Counted from the first letter of the stretch, positions 18,518 to 28,300 are shown. The stretch: 64,000 bases of DNA from a virus (IMGVR_UViG_3300021400_000552:1-64000); one strand, 5' to 3'. Made by a program: numbers and translations. Notes: generated from the letters alone by a model not told the origin.

Positions 18518-19432
18518 TTGAGCACTTCCTATACAACAATATATACATCTTTTCTTTCAAAAATTACAGATTTTGATTTACCACCATTAACTGATGATGA
18601 ATTAAAAGCTTATTGCAAGTCTTATATGGAAAGTGCGATTGTAAAGTTGCCGGAAATAGTTAGTGATTTGTCTAAGCGCGAGATACTGGATGACGAGATC
18701 GTTACTGAAGTCGAACCAACTGAGGAACCCCCGGTACAAGAGAGTGAGAATCCGGGAGAAGAACCAGTTGTGGAGCCACAGGAGCCAGTAGAACCAGTAA
18801 CTTATATATTGCATCTTAACGAATCTGTATATGGTAACTACACTTATAAAGCACCTGACATTACACATCTTATTGCAAATAATTCAAGCTTTAAGATGTT
18901 TATACGTGTAAGGAATTTTATAAAAGTAATGTCTTTTACACGTGGTGTGAGTGAAAATAAAGAGTGTAAAATTTACGATTTGTTTTCTTGTAATATATCT
19001 TATGACGGCGAAAATCAATTTGTCTTTTCAAAAACAAATTCAACTGCAATAAATTATTTGTTGTTATACGTAACGTATGATACGCCAAACACAGATCCTG
19101 ATCCCGAAGAGACGCCACAACCAATTGAGGTGCCGGATGATATGCAACAGATCATTGATGAGGATGGTGTTATTGAGGCGGAAGAAGTTTTTAGCGATGA
19201 TTTGACAGACTTGGAGATTGAAATTATAGCGTCTCAAATGGTTGTTGAATGGCTAAATAACGAAATCAACAACACGCAACTTACTAGAATGTTTGTTGGT
19301 ACCAAAGACGAATCTATGGCGTCGCAGGCAAATCATATTGAAAAGTTAACAACTCTGAAAGAAAAGCGGCGTGCTGACGTATCAATGTTGATACGTGATT
19401 ACGCTTATCGTGAATGGGTTAAGGAGGTTTAG
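18518..19432 (+). CDS. Head-tail adaptor-like protein with an inserted domain
   Basis: N-terminal IY..FLSKITD and C-terminal DLTDLEIEIIA..SQANH segments flanking Pro/Glu linkers. Confidence 0.55.
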   Translation: MSTSYTTIYTSFLSKITDFDLPPLTDDELKAYCKSYMESAIVKLPEIVSDLSKREILDDEIVTEVEPTEEPPVQESENPGEEPVVEPQEPVEPVTYILHLNESVYGNYTYKAPDITHLIANNSSFKMFIRVRNFIKVMSFTRGVSENKECKIYDLFSCNISYDGENQFVFSKTNSTAINYLLLYVTYDTPNTDPDPEETPQPIEVPDDMQQIIDEDGVIEAEEVFSDDLTDLEIEIIASQMVVEWLNNEINNTQLTRMFVGTKDESMASQANHIEKLTTLKEKRRADVSMLIRDYAYREWVKEV

Positions 19433-19433
19433 C

Positions 19434-19742
19434 ATGCATACTAAATATGGTGACTACTCCCCTGCCTCATTCTCTAATTATAAGAGATCCTTGATTGACC
19501 GTATATGGTGCCTTATTCCATTGCGGGAAGAAAAATGTCAGACAATCAACAGCAACATTGAACGATTAAACCGTGAATTAAATGGACTTTTAGAGGTTGG
19601 CGGTATTGAAGACAAGTATGTATTGACCGTCATTCATCTATTAGAAAATTTAGCGCATGAGCCAGACTTTAAAGTATATCGTGCAGATGTTCTGAGGTGC
19701 TGTGAGCTGATTGGTAAAATTGGCGGTGTTGCTGATGTTTGA
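19434..19742 (+). CDS. Hypothetical virion morphogenesis protein
   Basis: ATG after AAGGAGG; within neck cluster. Confidence 0.55.
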   Translation: MHTKYGDYSPASFSNYKRSLIDRIWCLIPLREEKCQTINSNIERLNRELNGLLEVGGIEDKYVLTVIHLLENLAHEPDFKVYRADVLRCCELIGKIGGVADV

Positions 19743-20781
19743 TCAATATCGTACGCGTATGGCGCATCGCGGCTCAACTGTTCGTGAAGCTAATCGTATG
19801 CAATCTATTAAAATCATGGAAAATGGTTTTGATTATTCGCAAACATATAAACAGGTTATGATCAATGATGAGCTTGTGGATGCGCGCTTCACTAGCGGAT
19901 CGTCTACTACGGTTCGCGGCGGTATGGGTAACTATGAAATAATGTTTCGCAATGGTGTTTACTATCCTGCTGGTACTTACGTGTTCGTTAAGAACGCCAA
20001 AGATGAGTATGAACCGTGGATCATTATGTACATATCTGATGATCATATGTTCCCAAGACATATTTTACGTAAGTGTAATTATCTATTAAGGTGGAAGAAT
20101 TCTCTTGGCAACATCGTTGAACGTTGGGTTGTATTTAGTGATAATCAACGGTTAATTAACGGAGAGCGAAACGTAGATTGGAATAAACTTACCCTTTCTT
20201 CGTATGCGACGGTGCTTTTTCTTCCGTGCGATGAAGAAACTATAAATATTAAAATGGATCAACGTTTTCTGATAGATCATCCAGATGTAGAAGGAAATCC
20301 AGAGGCGTGGATCGTACGAAATCGCAATGTAAATTCCAAAATTTTTGGAGGATACGATGGCATCGTTGAACTTTCCATTGCCAGACATCAATTCAATCAT
20401 AATACAGATGATAAAGAAACAATGATAGCAGATTACAACATCGATTACACACACCCGGATGATTTCACGCCAGATGTTAATTACGATGTAAGAATTACAT
20501 ATAATGGTAAACCCGAATTAAAAATGGATACTCCGTTCAAAACATACACGGCGGAATTCCAGGTTGATGGTGAGGTTGATGATACTATAGAAGCATCTTG
20601 GGCTGTTTTAATGGATGAAAAATTGGAAGATATTGTAACATATGAGATATCTGGAAATGTATTAAAAATCAAATGCCCATTTGATGCCCTCTTAATAGGC
20701 AGATATATAAGGATAATTGCGGCAAATAATGATCTCGGCATTTCTGCAGAATTGCCCATAAAGGTGGTGAGTGCGATATGA
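19735..20781 (+). CDS. Putative head-closure/neck protein
   Basis: Position; KCNYLLRW motif; beta-rich C-terminal domain. Confidence 0.5.
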   Translation: MFDQYRTRMAHRGSTVREANRMQSIKIMENGFDYSQTYKQVMINDELVDARFTSGSSTTVRGGMGNYEIMFRNGVYYPAGTYVFVKNAKDEYEPWIIMYISDDHMFPRHILRKCNYLLRWKNSLGNIVERWVVFSDNQRLINGERNVDWNKLTLSSYATVLFLPCDEETINIKMDQRFLIDHPDVEGNPEAWIVRNRNVNSKIFGGYDGIVELSIARHQFNHNTDDKETMIADYNIDYTHPDDFTPDVNYDVRITYNGKPELKMDTPFKTYTAEFQVDGEVDDTIEASWAVLMDEKLEDIVTYEISGNVLKIKCPFDALLIGRYIRIIAANNDLGISAELPIKVVSAI

Positions 20782-21272
20782 ATTCTGAAATGGACCGTAA
20801 GGTTGCAATGAACACCGAACTTTATAATTATAAGCGTAAGGTTATTGCGGCAATTTTGAGTAATGATGAGATTGTAACTGCTCTAAATTCGGAAGTGGAT
20901 CCTAGTGAGCTTGTGTATGAATGCGTTTTCCCATTTGGTGTAATTCCAGATACACAGATGGATGCCAAATGTTATATTACTGTGGAGATTACCATGCCAC
21001 AAGTATCAACGGTAAATTACTTTTTTAAGGACGTATTGTTGGTGATTAATGTAGTGTGTCATAATGATTTGATGCGAACAGATTATGGAATTCCGCGTCA
21101 TGATTATATTTCTGCTAAGATTTGTGAGTTACTTAATTTTTCTACGGATCTTGGTTATGGCGAATTACAATTGGTATCTAATACTGAGGGTGCGTTTTCT
21201 GAACGTCATTCTGGTAGAACAATGCGTTTTAAGACTTCCGAGCGTGCTGCAATTAATGGGTACTGCGCTTAA
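20778..21272 (+). CDS. Putative tail completion protein
   Basis: Position and size in neck/tail cluster; ATGA overlap. Confidence 0.45.
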   Translation: MNSEMDRKVAMNTELYNYKRKVIAAILSNDEIVTALNSEVDPSELVYECVFPFGVIPDTQMDAKCYITVEITMPQVSTVNYFFKDVLLVINVVCHNDLMRTDYGIPRHDYISAKICELLNFSTDLGYGELQLVSNTEGAFSERHSGRTMRFKTSERAAINGYCA

Positions 21273-22006
21273 TGAACACATTAGCGTTACGACGTAATAA
21301 GCCGTATCAGATATCTAAATATGTTAAAGTAAATAATCCAACGCTTGGTCAAATAGAAGAGTTTGGCGAGGAGAGATATTGGGGCATTGTATCTGCATTT
21401 TGTTCTACATCATATGATTATCGCTTAACACTAGAGGAAGCCGGTATAGATTATTTGGATATTGATGATTGGCATATGTTTTTGAATACCAGACTAAGCC
21501 TACCGTATGATGAAACAAAGATATTGATTCCAGATATAGATTTTACCACTTTAATAGCTGCCGAAGAAAAAGATTCAAATCAAATTGTATTGTTAAATGA
21601 TGAATATGATTTGGTTATGAATGAAGTGATTTATATGATGGCTGTAGATTATATACGAGAATGTCATGGTATTGCTAGAAATTATGAGATTCCTGGCAAT
21701 AACGCTGCGCGTATGGTTTTTATGCAAGAGGCTCGCGAAGCGCGACAAATGGCTGGACGAAAAAAATTTAAGTCTACACTTGATCCATTGATTTCTGGGC
21801 TATGTAATCATCAAGGATTTAAATACGATTTTGATTCTGTATGGAATTTAAATATATATAATTTCATGGATTCTGTGAAAAGGATTCAAAAAATTAATTC
21901 GGCCGACCATTTCTTATCTGGCATGTATTCCGGCATGATGGATGTAAGTAAAATGGGTAAAGGTCAAATAAGAAAAGAAACTGATTGGTTAGGTGAACTA
22001 AAATAG
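21272..22006 (+). CDS. Hypothetical tail-region protein
   Basis: TAATG-coupled ORF. Confidence 0.55.
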   Translation: MNTLALRRNKPYQISKYVKVNNPTLGQIEEFGEERYWGIVSAFCSTSYDYRLTLEEAGIDYLDIDDWHMFLNTRLSLPYDETKILIPDIDFTTLIAAEEKDSNQIVLLNDEYDLVMNEVIYMMAVDYIRECHGIARNYEIPGNNAARMVFMQEAREARQMAGRKKFKSTLDPLISGLCNHQGFKYDFDSVWNLNIYNFMDSVKRIQKINSADHFLSGMYSGMMDVSKMGKGQIRKETDWLGELK

Positions 22007-22042
22007 TTCATCTTTATTATTATTTAGAAAGGAAGAGATCAT

Positions 22043-22825
22043 ATGGCTCTTAATATTGATAACCTTATTATCGATAGAGCACTGTCCGGCTCTATGATCG
22101 ATAGATCGACAGGCGAAGCACTGTATTCTCTGAACCAGATTGCAGATCCATCCCTGGAGTGTACTGGTGAGCAGGTGTATGTTACTGATGCTGTTGGCGT
22201 CAGAGTAGCCGCTTTTGATAGATCCAAAGAAGCTACACTGAGTGGCACAAACGCATTTTTCAACCTGGGTCTTGCTGCTACGCAGTTTGGTACAAAGAAG
22301 CATGTTGCTGATTCTGGGAATACTATTATCGTACCTGTCAGAGAAGCACATACTGTAAGTGCGGAACATACTGTAACACTTGAAAATACTCCTATTCTGA
22401 CTGAAGTATTATCCGTCAACCTTGCTACTAAGGATGGTGGTATTACACAGACTTTAGAGAAGGCGGACTCTGCTGCTGCAGGTAAGTTCTCGATAAATGG
22501 TAAGGTGTTAACTTTCCATAGCGATGTTGATGAGGGTCAGAATGTAATCATTCTGTATAAGAAGAATTCTGATTCTGCAATTCAGATCGATAACCAGGCT
22601 GATGCGTTTACAAAGGGCGGAGAGTTCTGGCTGGAAGTTCTGTTCTGCGATATCTGTGATACAAATACAAAGTATCACGGATTCCTTGTTTTCCCGAACG
22701 GAAAGATGACGAACGAGACGACAATCGATTTTAATAACGAGGCTACTCACGGCTTTACTATCGAGGCTATGCAGGATTACTGTGACGTCGATAAGAAGCT
22801 GTTCTATATCGTAGTGTCTGAATAA
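22043..22825 (+). CDS. Major tail tube protein (putative)
   Basis: 260 aa, beta-rich, codon bias like the capsid gene, position. Confidence 0.65.
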   Translation: MALNIDNLIIDRALSGSMIDRSTGEALYSLNQIADPSLECTGEQVYVTDAVGVRVAAFDRSKEATLSGTNAFFNLGLAATQFGTKKHVADSGNTIIVPVREAHTVSAEHTVTLENTPILTEVLSVNLATKDGGITQTLEKADSAAAGKFSINGKVLTFHSDVDEGQNVIILYKKNSDSAIQIDNQADAFTKGGEFWLEVLFCDICDTNTKYHGFLVFPNGKMTNETTIDFNNEATHGFTIEAMQDYCDVDKKLFYIVVSE

Positions 22826-22847
22826 TTATCACTGGTGGTGATTATTC

Positions 22848-23222
22848 GTGGCTAAGAAGAACGGAACTTGTTTATTATGCGGCACAAAATACGAAGTTTG
22901 TAAATTCTGTCAACGCACCAAGGTGTATTATCCGTGGAAAATTGACTTTGATACTCCGAAGCACTTCCAAATTTACGCCATTGTCACTGACTTAAGAAAT
23001 GATGTGCTTAAGCCGGACGAGGCTAAGGAAAGATTAGATCATATTGGGGTTACAGCTGAAGAAATAGCAAATTTCGTTCCGTCAGTGCAGGCCACTTTGA
23101 AACCATTATATGATATTGATGATAAGCCAGAAATAAAGAGCGGCTTAGGTGAACAGGTGGCGGCACGCAAAGAAGAGCCGCAAAGAAAAACGGCAAAACC
23201 CTTTAAGGGTCGTAAAAAATAA
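22848..23222 (+). CDS. Hypothetical CxxC-CxxC protein
   Basis: CLLCG..YEVCKFC; GTG start with GGTG SD. Confidence 0.6.
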   Translation: MAKKNGTCLLCGTKYEVCKFCQRTKVYYPWKIDFDTPKHFQIYAIVTDLRNDVLKPDEAKERLDHIGVTAEEIANFVPSVQATLKPLYDIDDKPEIKSGLGEQVAARKEEPQRKTAKPFKGRKK

Positions 23223-23227
23223 ACACC

Positions 23228-23290
23228 AAAGAGGATTGGTAAGGAGGTTTCAGATATACCGTTTATTATCTCCCACCAATCCTCTTTTTT
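23228..23290 (+). terminator. Long hairpin with U tract (terminator or processing stem)
   Basis: AAAGAGGATTGGT / ACCAATCCTCTTT followed by Ts. Confidence 0.55.
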
Positions 23291-23306
23291 CAATTATTAA
23301 ACTTTT

Positions 23307-23744
23307 ATGGAAAAATTCTTGAAAATAATCATTGATCAGGAATGTGTAGACCGCTACAATGCGCTATATTTTGAAAAACATCCAAAAGCAAAAAATAAGC
23401 GTATTACTTCCCCACAACATCCAAGCATGAATACATATTATAAGGCTAATTATCGAGAAGCAAATCATATTAAACAGATGTGGAAGGATTTTGTTGTGTG
23501 GCGCATTAAAGAACTTGGTTTAAGTAATGCCAATATTGGAAAGTGTCGCATCACATATGTAACGTATTTTAAGACAAATCGGCGTCACGATCCCGATAAT
23601 ATTTCTCCCAAATTTATTTTTGATGGATTTGTCGAGTCTGGTCTTTTAACTGATGATGATTTAAAACATGTCACCTCTCTTACAATTGAGGGTGGAATAG
23701 ATAAAGAAAACCCACGTATGGAATTTCTAATTGAAATTTTATAA
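23307..23744 (+). CDS. rusA: RusA-family Holliday junction resolvase
   Basis: RRHDPDN..K...DG.V..G...DD catalytic signature. Confidence 0.8.
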   Translation: MEKFLKIIIDQECVDRYNALYFEKHPKAKNKRITSPQHPSMNTYYKANYREANHIKQMWKDFVVWRIKELGLSNANIGKCRITYVTYFKTNRRHDPDNISPKFIFDGFVESGLLTDDDLKHVTSLTIEGGIDKENPRMEFLIEIL

Positions 23745-23753
23745 AAGGAGAAT

Positions 23754-24401
23754 ATGAGTATGAGTAAGTATAATAGTGCTCTTGAATATGTTGACGCATT
23801 TATGGATCAAAAAAAGACAATTGAATATGGCGAAAATGATTTAGTAATTAATGTTAGAGACAATATCGATGTTGATGATGTTCTTAACGCCATTGCTACA
23901 ATTGTCGATAATGTTGTTGAACGTGAATTTGAATACGAATTGATTGATTTAATGATTCCGTATTATCTAATGAAATTATTCACAGATATTACACCGCCGA
24001 CGATAGAAAAAGATGGTGAGGTATTTCCAGATTTTCAAAAGTGTTATGAAATTGCAACTTGCTTAAATTTGGAATATGAATTAACCCAGGTCTCCCCTAT
24101 CGTCGCTGGCTATGTTTATTTTATGACACAGAATATTTGGAGAAAATTAGATTATCATAAATCGCAAGGTGCGTATATAAAGCGTGAATTAATGGAATCG
24201 TTATCTGCATTTTACGAAGTTATGGATGAGTTAGATCAGGCAGCCGAACAACAAAAGGACATTGATCTTGACGGTTTTGTGAAACAATTGTCTGAGATTT
24301 CCACAGCATTAAATGATCTCAAAGATGAACAAGAAACGAGAGATTTATCGACGCTTGATGGTAATGCGTCTATAAGTTTAGCTATTCCAAAGAGCAATTA
24401 A
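23754..24401 (+). CDS. Hypothetical acidic protein (possible tail assembly chaperone)
   Basis: AAGGAG SD; helical and acidic; position. Confidence 0.45.
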   Translation: MSMSKYNSALEYVDAFMDQKKTIEYGENDLVINVRDNIDVDDVLNAIATIVDNVVEREFEYELIDLMIPYYLMKLFTDITPPTIEKDGEVFPDFQKCYEIATCLNLEYELTQVSPIVAGYVYFMTQNIWRKLDYHKSQGAYIKRELMESLSAFYEVMDELDQAAEQQKDIDLDGFVKQLSEISTALNDLKDEQETRDLSTLDGNASISLAIPKSN

Positions 24402-24465
24402 CATAGAAACAGCTCGCATCATTCATATGCGCAGTGATTGTTTCGGAAAGAAGTAGGTGTTCATA

Positions 24466-24780
24466 ATGTCGCCAGGTACTACAATAATCGTGGCAATTTT
24501 AACCTCGAATGCGTTTTTTGGCGTTATCCAATTCTTGATAACACGCGCTTTTAACAGTCGAGATTTGATCTGCGCAGATATGTCTGTTGTGATATATAAC
24601 CAGCTTGCAGACAAGATTGAAAAATCTCTTGATCGAGGATATGCTACACCAGAGCAACGACGTGATGTCGAAAAACTCTATGAGAGATATGATGCACATG
24701 GTTGGAATGGTGATATGCGTTCGCGCATGGATAAATTTTATGACCTTCCAACAAAAAATTTAAATGATGTCTATCAGTAA
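24466..24780 (+). CDS. Small membrane-anchored (holin-like?) protein
   Basis: N-terminal hydrophobic TIIVAILTSNAFFGVIQFLI; Y..Y..HGWNG motif. Confidence 0.5.
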   Translation: MSPGTTIIVAILTSNAFFGVIQFLITRAFNSRDLICADMSVVIYNQLADKIEKSLDRGYATPEQRRDVEKLYERYDAHGWNGDMRSRMDKFYDLPTKNLNDVYQ

Positions 24781-24817
24781 GATATTATTCTTATTATATG
24801 CGAAAAGGAATAAATAA

Positions 24818-25828
24818 ATGCAAAAAATAACACCCATTACTACAGAGGAGTGGGAGCAGTGTAATAAATGGAATCGTGAAATAGTGGATGAATTTTTGGC
24901 GAATTCTTTTCATCTTTCGCCAAAAAGTAAAAAGGCTTATAGATCAAATTTAATGATCTGGTTTAATTGGGTTCGTAAGAACTTAAAGAATAAGCCGCAA
25001 TATGAAATTAAACCTCTTGATTATTTAAAATACCAAAGTTGGCTGTTATCAATGGGACATAGTTCTTCGGATGTTGACAGCAAAAGAGCTGCAATATCAT
25101 CTCTTTGTAATTACATCGAACTTTATTATTTAGATGAGTTTCCAAATTTCCGCACATGTATTGCCAAGGGAATGAGCAGACCAGTAAAAAAACTTGTGCA
25201 CGATAAGATCCCTCCAACTAAAGAAGAGATGGAAATGTTATTCCGTGAACTTGAAAAACGTCAAGATTGGCAAAAGTTGGCTTATCTTAGATATACATAT
25301 GATACTGGTTGTAGACGGGCCGAAAGTGTGCAGCTGCTTAAAGAGGTTGTGAATTATCAGCCTATCGAGAAAACTATTAAGGTGGCAGATCAGAATGGTA
25401 ATGAGCATGAAATTATTGTGAAATATTATCGAAGTAATTCAACGCGTTGTAAAGGACGTGGTGAAGCTGGAAAAGTACGCAAATTGATTTTTTCACAAGA
25501 TACCATGGATGCTATTAAAAAATGGTTAGAGGTTCGTGGAGACGACGACTGCCCGTATGTATTCGTGTCACGTCATAATGGAAAGGTGCAACAACTAAGT
25601 GAAAGCGCACTTAATAAATGGGCGTCTGGTCTCTTCACGAAATTGCTCGGACGTCGTTTTCATCCACATATATTGCGTGAAGCGCGCGCTACGATTGGCG
25701 TTGTTGAAGATGGTAAATCTGCTGAGGCAATGCAGAAGCTGCTTGGTCATGAATCTGTAGAAACAACAGTGAATCACTACATTATCAAAGATGATGATGA
25801 TGATGAAATTGATGAATTATTTATATAA
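24818..25828 (+). CDS. Tyrosine recombinase in tail region (SPbeta YomM-like position)
   Basis: N-terminal core-binding-like region, TGCRRAE, CKGRG, HPHILR, LGH, NHY. Confidence 0.9.
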   Translation: MQKITPITTEEWEQCNKWNREIVDEFLANSFHLSPKSKKAYRSNLMIWFNWVRKNLKNKPQYEIKPLDYLKYQSWLLSMGHSSSDVDSKRAAISSLCNYIELYYLDEFPNFRTCIAKGMSRPVKKLVHDKIPPTKEEMEMLFRELEKRQDWQKLAYLRYTYDTGCRRAESVQLLKEVVNYQPIEKTIKVADQNGNEHEIIVKYYRSNSTRCKGRGEAGKVRKLIFSQDTMDAIKKWLEVRGDDDCPYVFVSRHNGKVQQLSESALNKWASGLFTKLLGRRFHPHILREARATIGVVEDGKSAEAMQKLLGHESVETTVNHYIIKDDDDDEIDELFI

Positions 25829-25834
25829 TTAGTT

Positions 25835-26221
25835 ATGTCATATATTTTTTATAATCCAAACCCATCTCAAAAAATGGTTGGTGATTGTGTTATTCGAGGT
25901 GTATCACGGGTAACACATCAAAATTGGGATGACACATATATGGATATCTGTATGTGTGGATATGCAATGAAGGACATGCCGTCTTCGAATAATGTTTGGG
26001 AAAATTATCTTATAAAAAATGGATTTATTCGAACATTATTGCCGGACACATGTCCCAATTGTTATACAGTTAGAGATTTTTGTTTAGACTTTCCACATGG
26101 CACTTATCTGCTGGCGACTGGCGGCCATGTTATTGCTGTCGAAAACGGCGATTACTATGATGCATGGGATTCTGGCAATGAAGTGCCAATATATTATTGG
26201 AAAGAAAAGGAAGATATATAA
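25835..26221 (+). CDS. Cassette gene 1: papain-like Cys-His-Asp fold protein (putative peptidase)
   Basis: NPNP..GDCVIR, GGHVIAV, YYDAWDSG. Confidence 0.55.
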   Translation: MSYIFYNPNPSQKMVGDCVIRGVSRVTHQNWDDTYMDICMCGYAMKDMPSSNNVWENYLIKNGFIRTLLPDTCPNCYTVRDFCLDFPHGTYLLATGGHVIAVENGDYYDAWDSGNEVPIYYWKEKEDI

Positions 26222-26670
26222 TGCAATATTCAAATGGATTCTTAAATACATCTCCATACAATAATGGCTATATGCAGAACGCTGGTGTTGCACCATTAAC
26301 ACAGAACGGTCAAACACTTGTACAGCCAGCACAAATGCCACCAGTATCCCCTATCGCAAATTCATTTACATGGGCGTGGGTACAGGGAGAGGCTGGGGCT
26401 CAAGCTTATCCAGTGGCACCAAACACAACAGTTCTGCTACTTGATTCCGACGAGCCTCGACTGTTCATGAAATCTGCAGACGCAAGTGGAAAGCCACAGG
26501 CTATGGAAACGAAGTATTTAGTTGACGAAGAAAAATATAAGCAAATTCAACTAACTGCGGAAAACACTCCTAGTGTTGAGTATGTTACAAAGGAAGACTT
26601 TGAACGTTTTGTCGAAGACGCTAATAATAAATTTGTGATTCGAAAGGAAAAGAACAATAATGGCAAATGA
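26221..26670 (+). CDS. Cassette gene 2: Q/P/N-rich N-terminus plus globular domain
   Basis: TAATG coupling; WVQGEAGAQAYPVAPNTTVLLLDSD; YVTKEDF tail. Confidence 0.7.
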   Translation: MQYSNGFLNTSPYNNGYMQNAGVAPLTQNGQTLVQPAQMPPVSPIANSFTWAWVQGEAGAQAYPVAPNTTVLLLDSDEPRLFMKSADASGKPQAMETKYLVDEEKYKQIQLTAENTPSVEYVTKEDFERFVEDANNKFVIRKEKNNNGK

Positions 26671-26890
26671 TTTGTTTACTAAGTTTGGCCACACCCCGCC
26701 AGAACAAATGTCTGGACCGTTTGGAAATGTGGCCGATATTTTGAATAAATATAATGAATTTGCAAATAATTTACAGGGAGATCCTAAACAGCAGGTGCAA
26801 AACCTTCTGAATAGCGGTCGTATGTCACAGCCACAGTTTAATTGGTTGAGTCAGATGGCTCAAGCTTTTCAACAATTAATACATAGATGA
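26660..26890 (+). CDS. Cassette gene 3: small Q/N-rich helical protein
   Basis: DPKQQVQNLLNSGRMSQPQF; AAAGGA SD. Confidence 0.7.
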   Translation: MANDLFTKFGHTPPEQMSGPFGNVADILNKYNEFANNLQGDPKQQVQNLLNSGRMSQPQFNWLSQMAQAFQQLIHR

Positions 26891-27068
26891 TGGCTTACGC
26901 TCTTTGGGCGTGTTTAGTGAACAGGTGAATTGAGAACATGAGTGTGCAATTTGGTTAAAAGCGCGATTAGGCTGGCTGAAAATGTATACATAAATATTGC
27001 GCTTTAACATAACAAAATTTTTCTCATTTATCTAGTCACTATTATGTGACAGAAAGGAGTTAAAGCTT

Positions 27069-27812
27069 ATGGCTTTAGCAACAGAAAATAGCAATGGTAT
27101 GGTTATGCCTGTAGCACCAATGTATGGAAATGGTGGTAGCAATGGATTTGGTTGGAACGATGGTTCGTTCTGGATTATTATTCTGTTCCTATTTGCCTTC
27201 ATGGGCAATGGTTGGGGCGGATTTGGTAATGGTTTTGGCGGAGGAGGTGCCGTGCAGACCGTAAATAATGACGTCCAGCGTGGTTTCGATCAACAGGCTG
27301 TTATGGGTGGTATTAATAGTATTAATACTGCGGTGTCTAACGGTTTTGCGAATGCTGAAATTTCCAGATGCAATGCACAGGCAAACGTGCTGCAGACCTT
27401 AAATGATATGGCGATGAATTATCAGGGCTGTTGTTGTGAGCAGAAAGCTGCAATTGCTGACTTAAAATATACAATCGCAACAGAGGCATGCGCTGATAGA
27501 CAGTCTGTTAATGATGCATTACGCGATATCATAGAGGCGCAAAATGCTGGAATACAGTCCATTAAAGATCAGATGTGTCAGGACAAGATTGATGCGAAGA
27601 ACGAGCGAATTCAAGAATTGCAGGCACAGGTTAACATGATGAATCTTGCAGCCTCTCAGAATGCTCAGACTTCACAGATTTTGGCGGACAATGCTGCGCA
27701 GACACAGGCGCTTGAACAGTATCTGAACCCGGCTCCGATTCCGGCATATGTAGTTCAGAACCCTGCATGTTGCAATACGCCATACTATAACGGTTGCGGA
27801 TGTAATGCGTAA
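27069..27812 (+). CDS. Cassette gene 4: Gly-rich, single hydrophobic segment, coiled-coil, Cys-cluster protein
   Basis: FWIIILFLFAFM flanked by G/N/F repeats; GCCCE; C-terminal ACC..GCGC; AAAGGAG SD. Confidence 0.75.
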   Translation: MALATENSNGMVMPVAPMYGNGGSNGFGWNDGSFWIIILFLFAFMGNGWGGFGNGFGGGGAVQTVNNDVQRGFDQQAVMGGINSINTAVSNGFANAEISRCNAQANVLQTLNDMAMNYQGCCCEQKAAIADLKYTIATEACADRQSVNDALRDIIEAQNAGIQSIKDQMCQDKIDAKNERIQELQAQVNMMNLAASQNAQTSQILADNAAQTQALEQYLNPAPIPAYVVQNPACCNTPYYNGCGCNA

Positions 27813-27826
27813 AGGGGGTGGCATTT

Positions 27827-28300
27827 ATGGCTGAATATGCAGCAAATGCCGTCCAGATTGTAAATCCGGGCGAAACTGTAGTGTTTACGGATTCACCTGA
27901 ACCTTGTGCGCGTGGTTTTATTCGTCATCGTGATGGTACTGGAAATTTTCTGTTAAGTGGATGGACGCCGCGTCGTTTTAATTGTGGTTGTGGATGCACT
28001 CGCAATAAGTCGGCAAACTATCTTATAGATTTCGGTGCGAATATTTCTATTCCAGAAGGTGGTACCGTGGAGGCTATTTCACTAGCTATCACAATTGATG
28101 GTGCTACTATTCCGGCTAGCAATATGATCGTAACTCCGGCTGCAGTTAACGAATATTTTAATGTGAGTCGTGCGATTAATGCAGATATTTGGAATGGATG
28201 TTGCGAATCTGTTGCAATAAGAAATACGAGCGCCCAACCAATCCAGGTTCAAAATGCTAACGTTATTTTTTCACGGCCAGATTTATCGGTCACTTATTAA
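27827..28300 (+). CDS. Cassette gene 5: beta-sandwich (BclA-CTD/C1q-like?) Cys-containing protein
   Basis: Alternating beta-strand pattern; CGCGC and CC motifs. Confidence 0.65.
   Translation: MAEYAANAVQIVNPGETVVFTDSPEPCARGFIRHRDGTGNFLLSGWTPRRFNCGCGCTRNKSANYLIDFGANISIPEGGTVEAISLAITIDGATIPASNMIVTPAAVNEYFNVSRAINADIWNGCCESVAIRNTSAQPIQVQNANVIFSRPDLSVTY

Noticed and set aside
22848-24401. Programmed -1 frameshift tail chaperone pair
   Set aside because: No convincing slippery heptamer with an overlapping extended frame was found by eye
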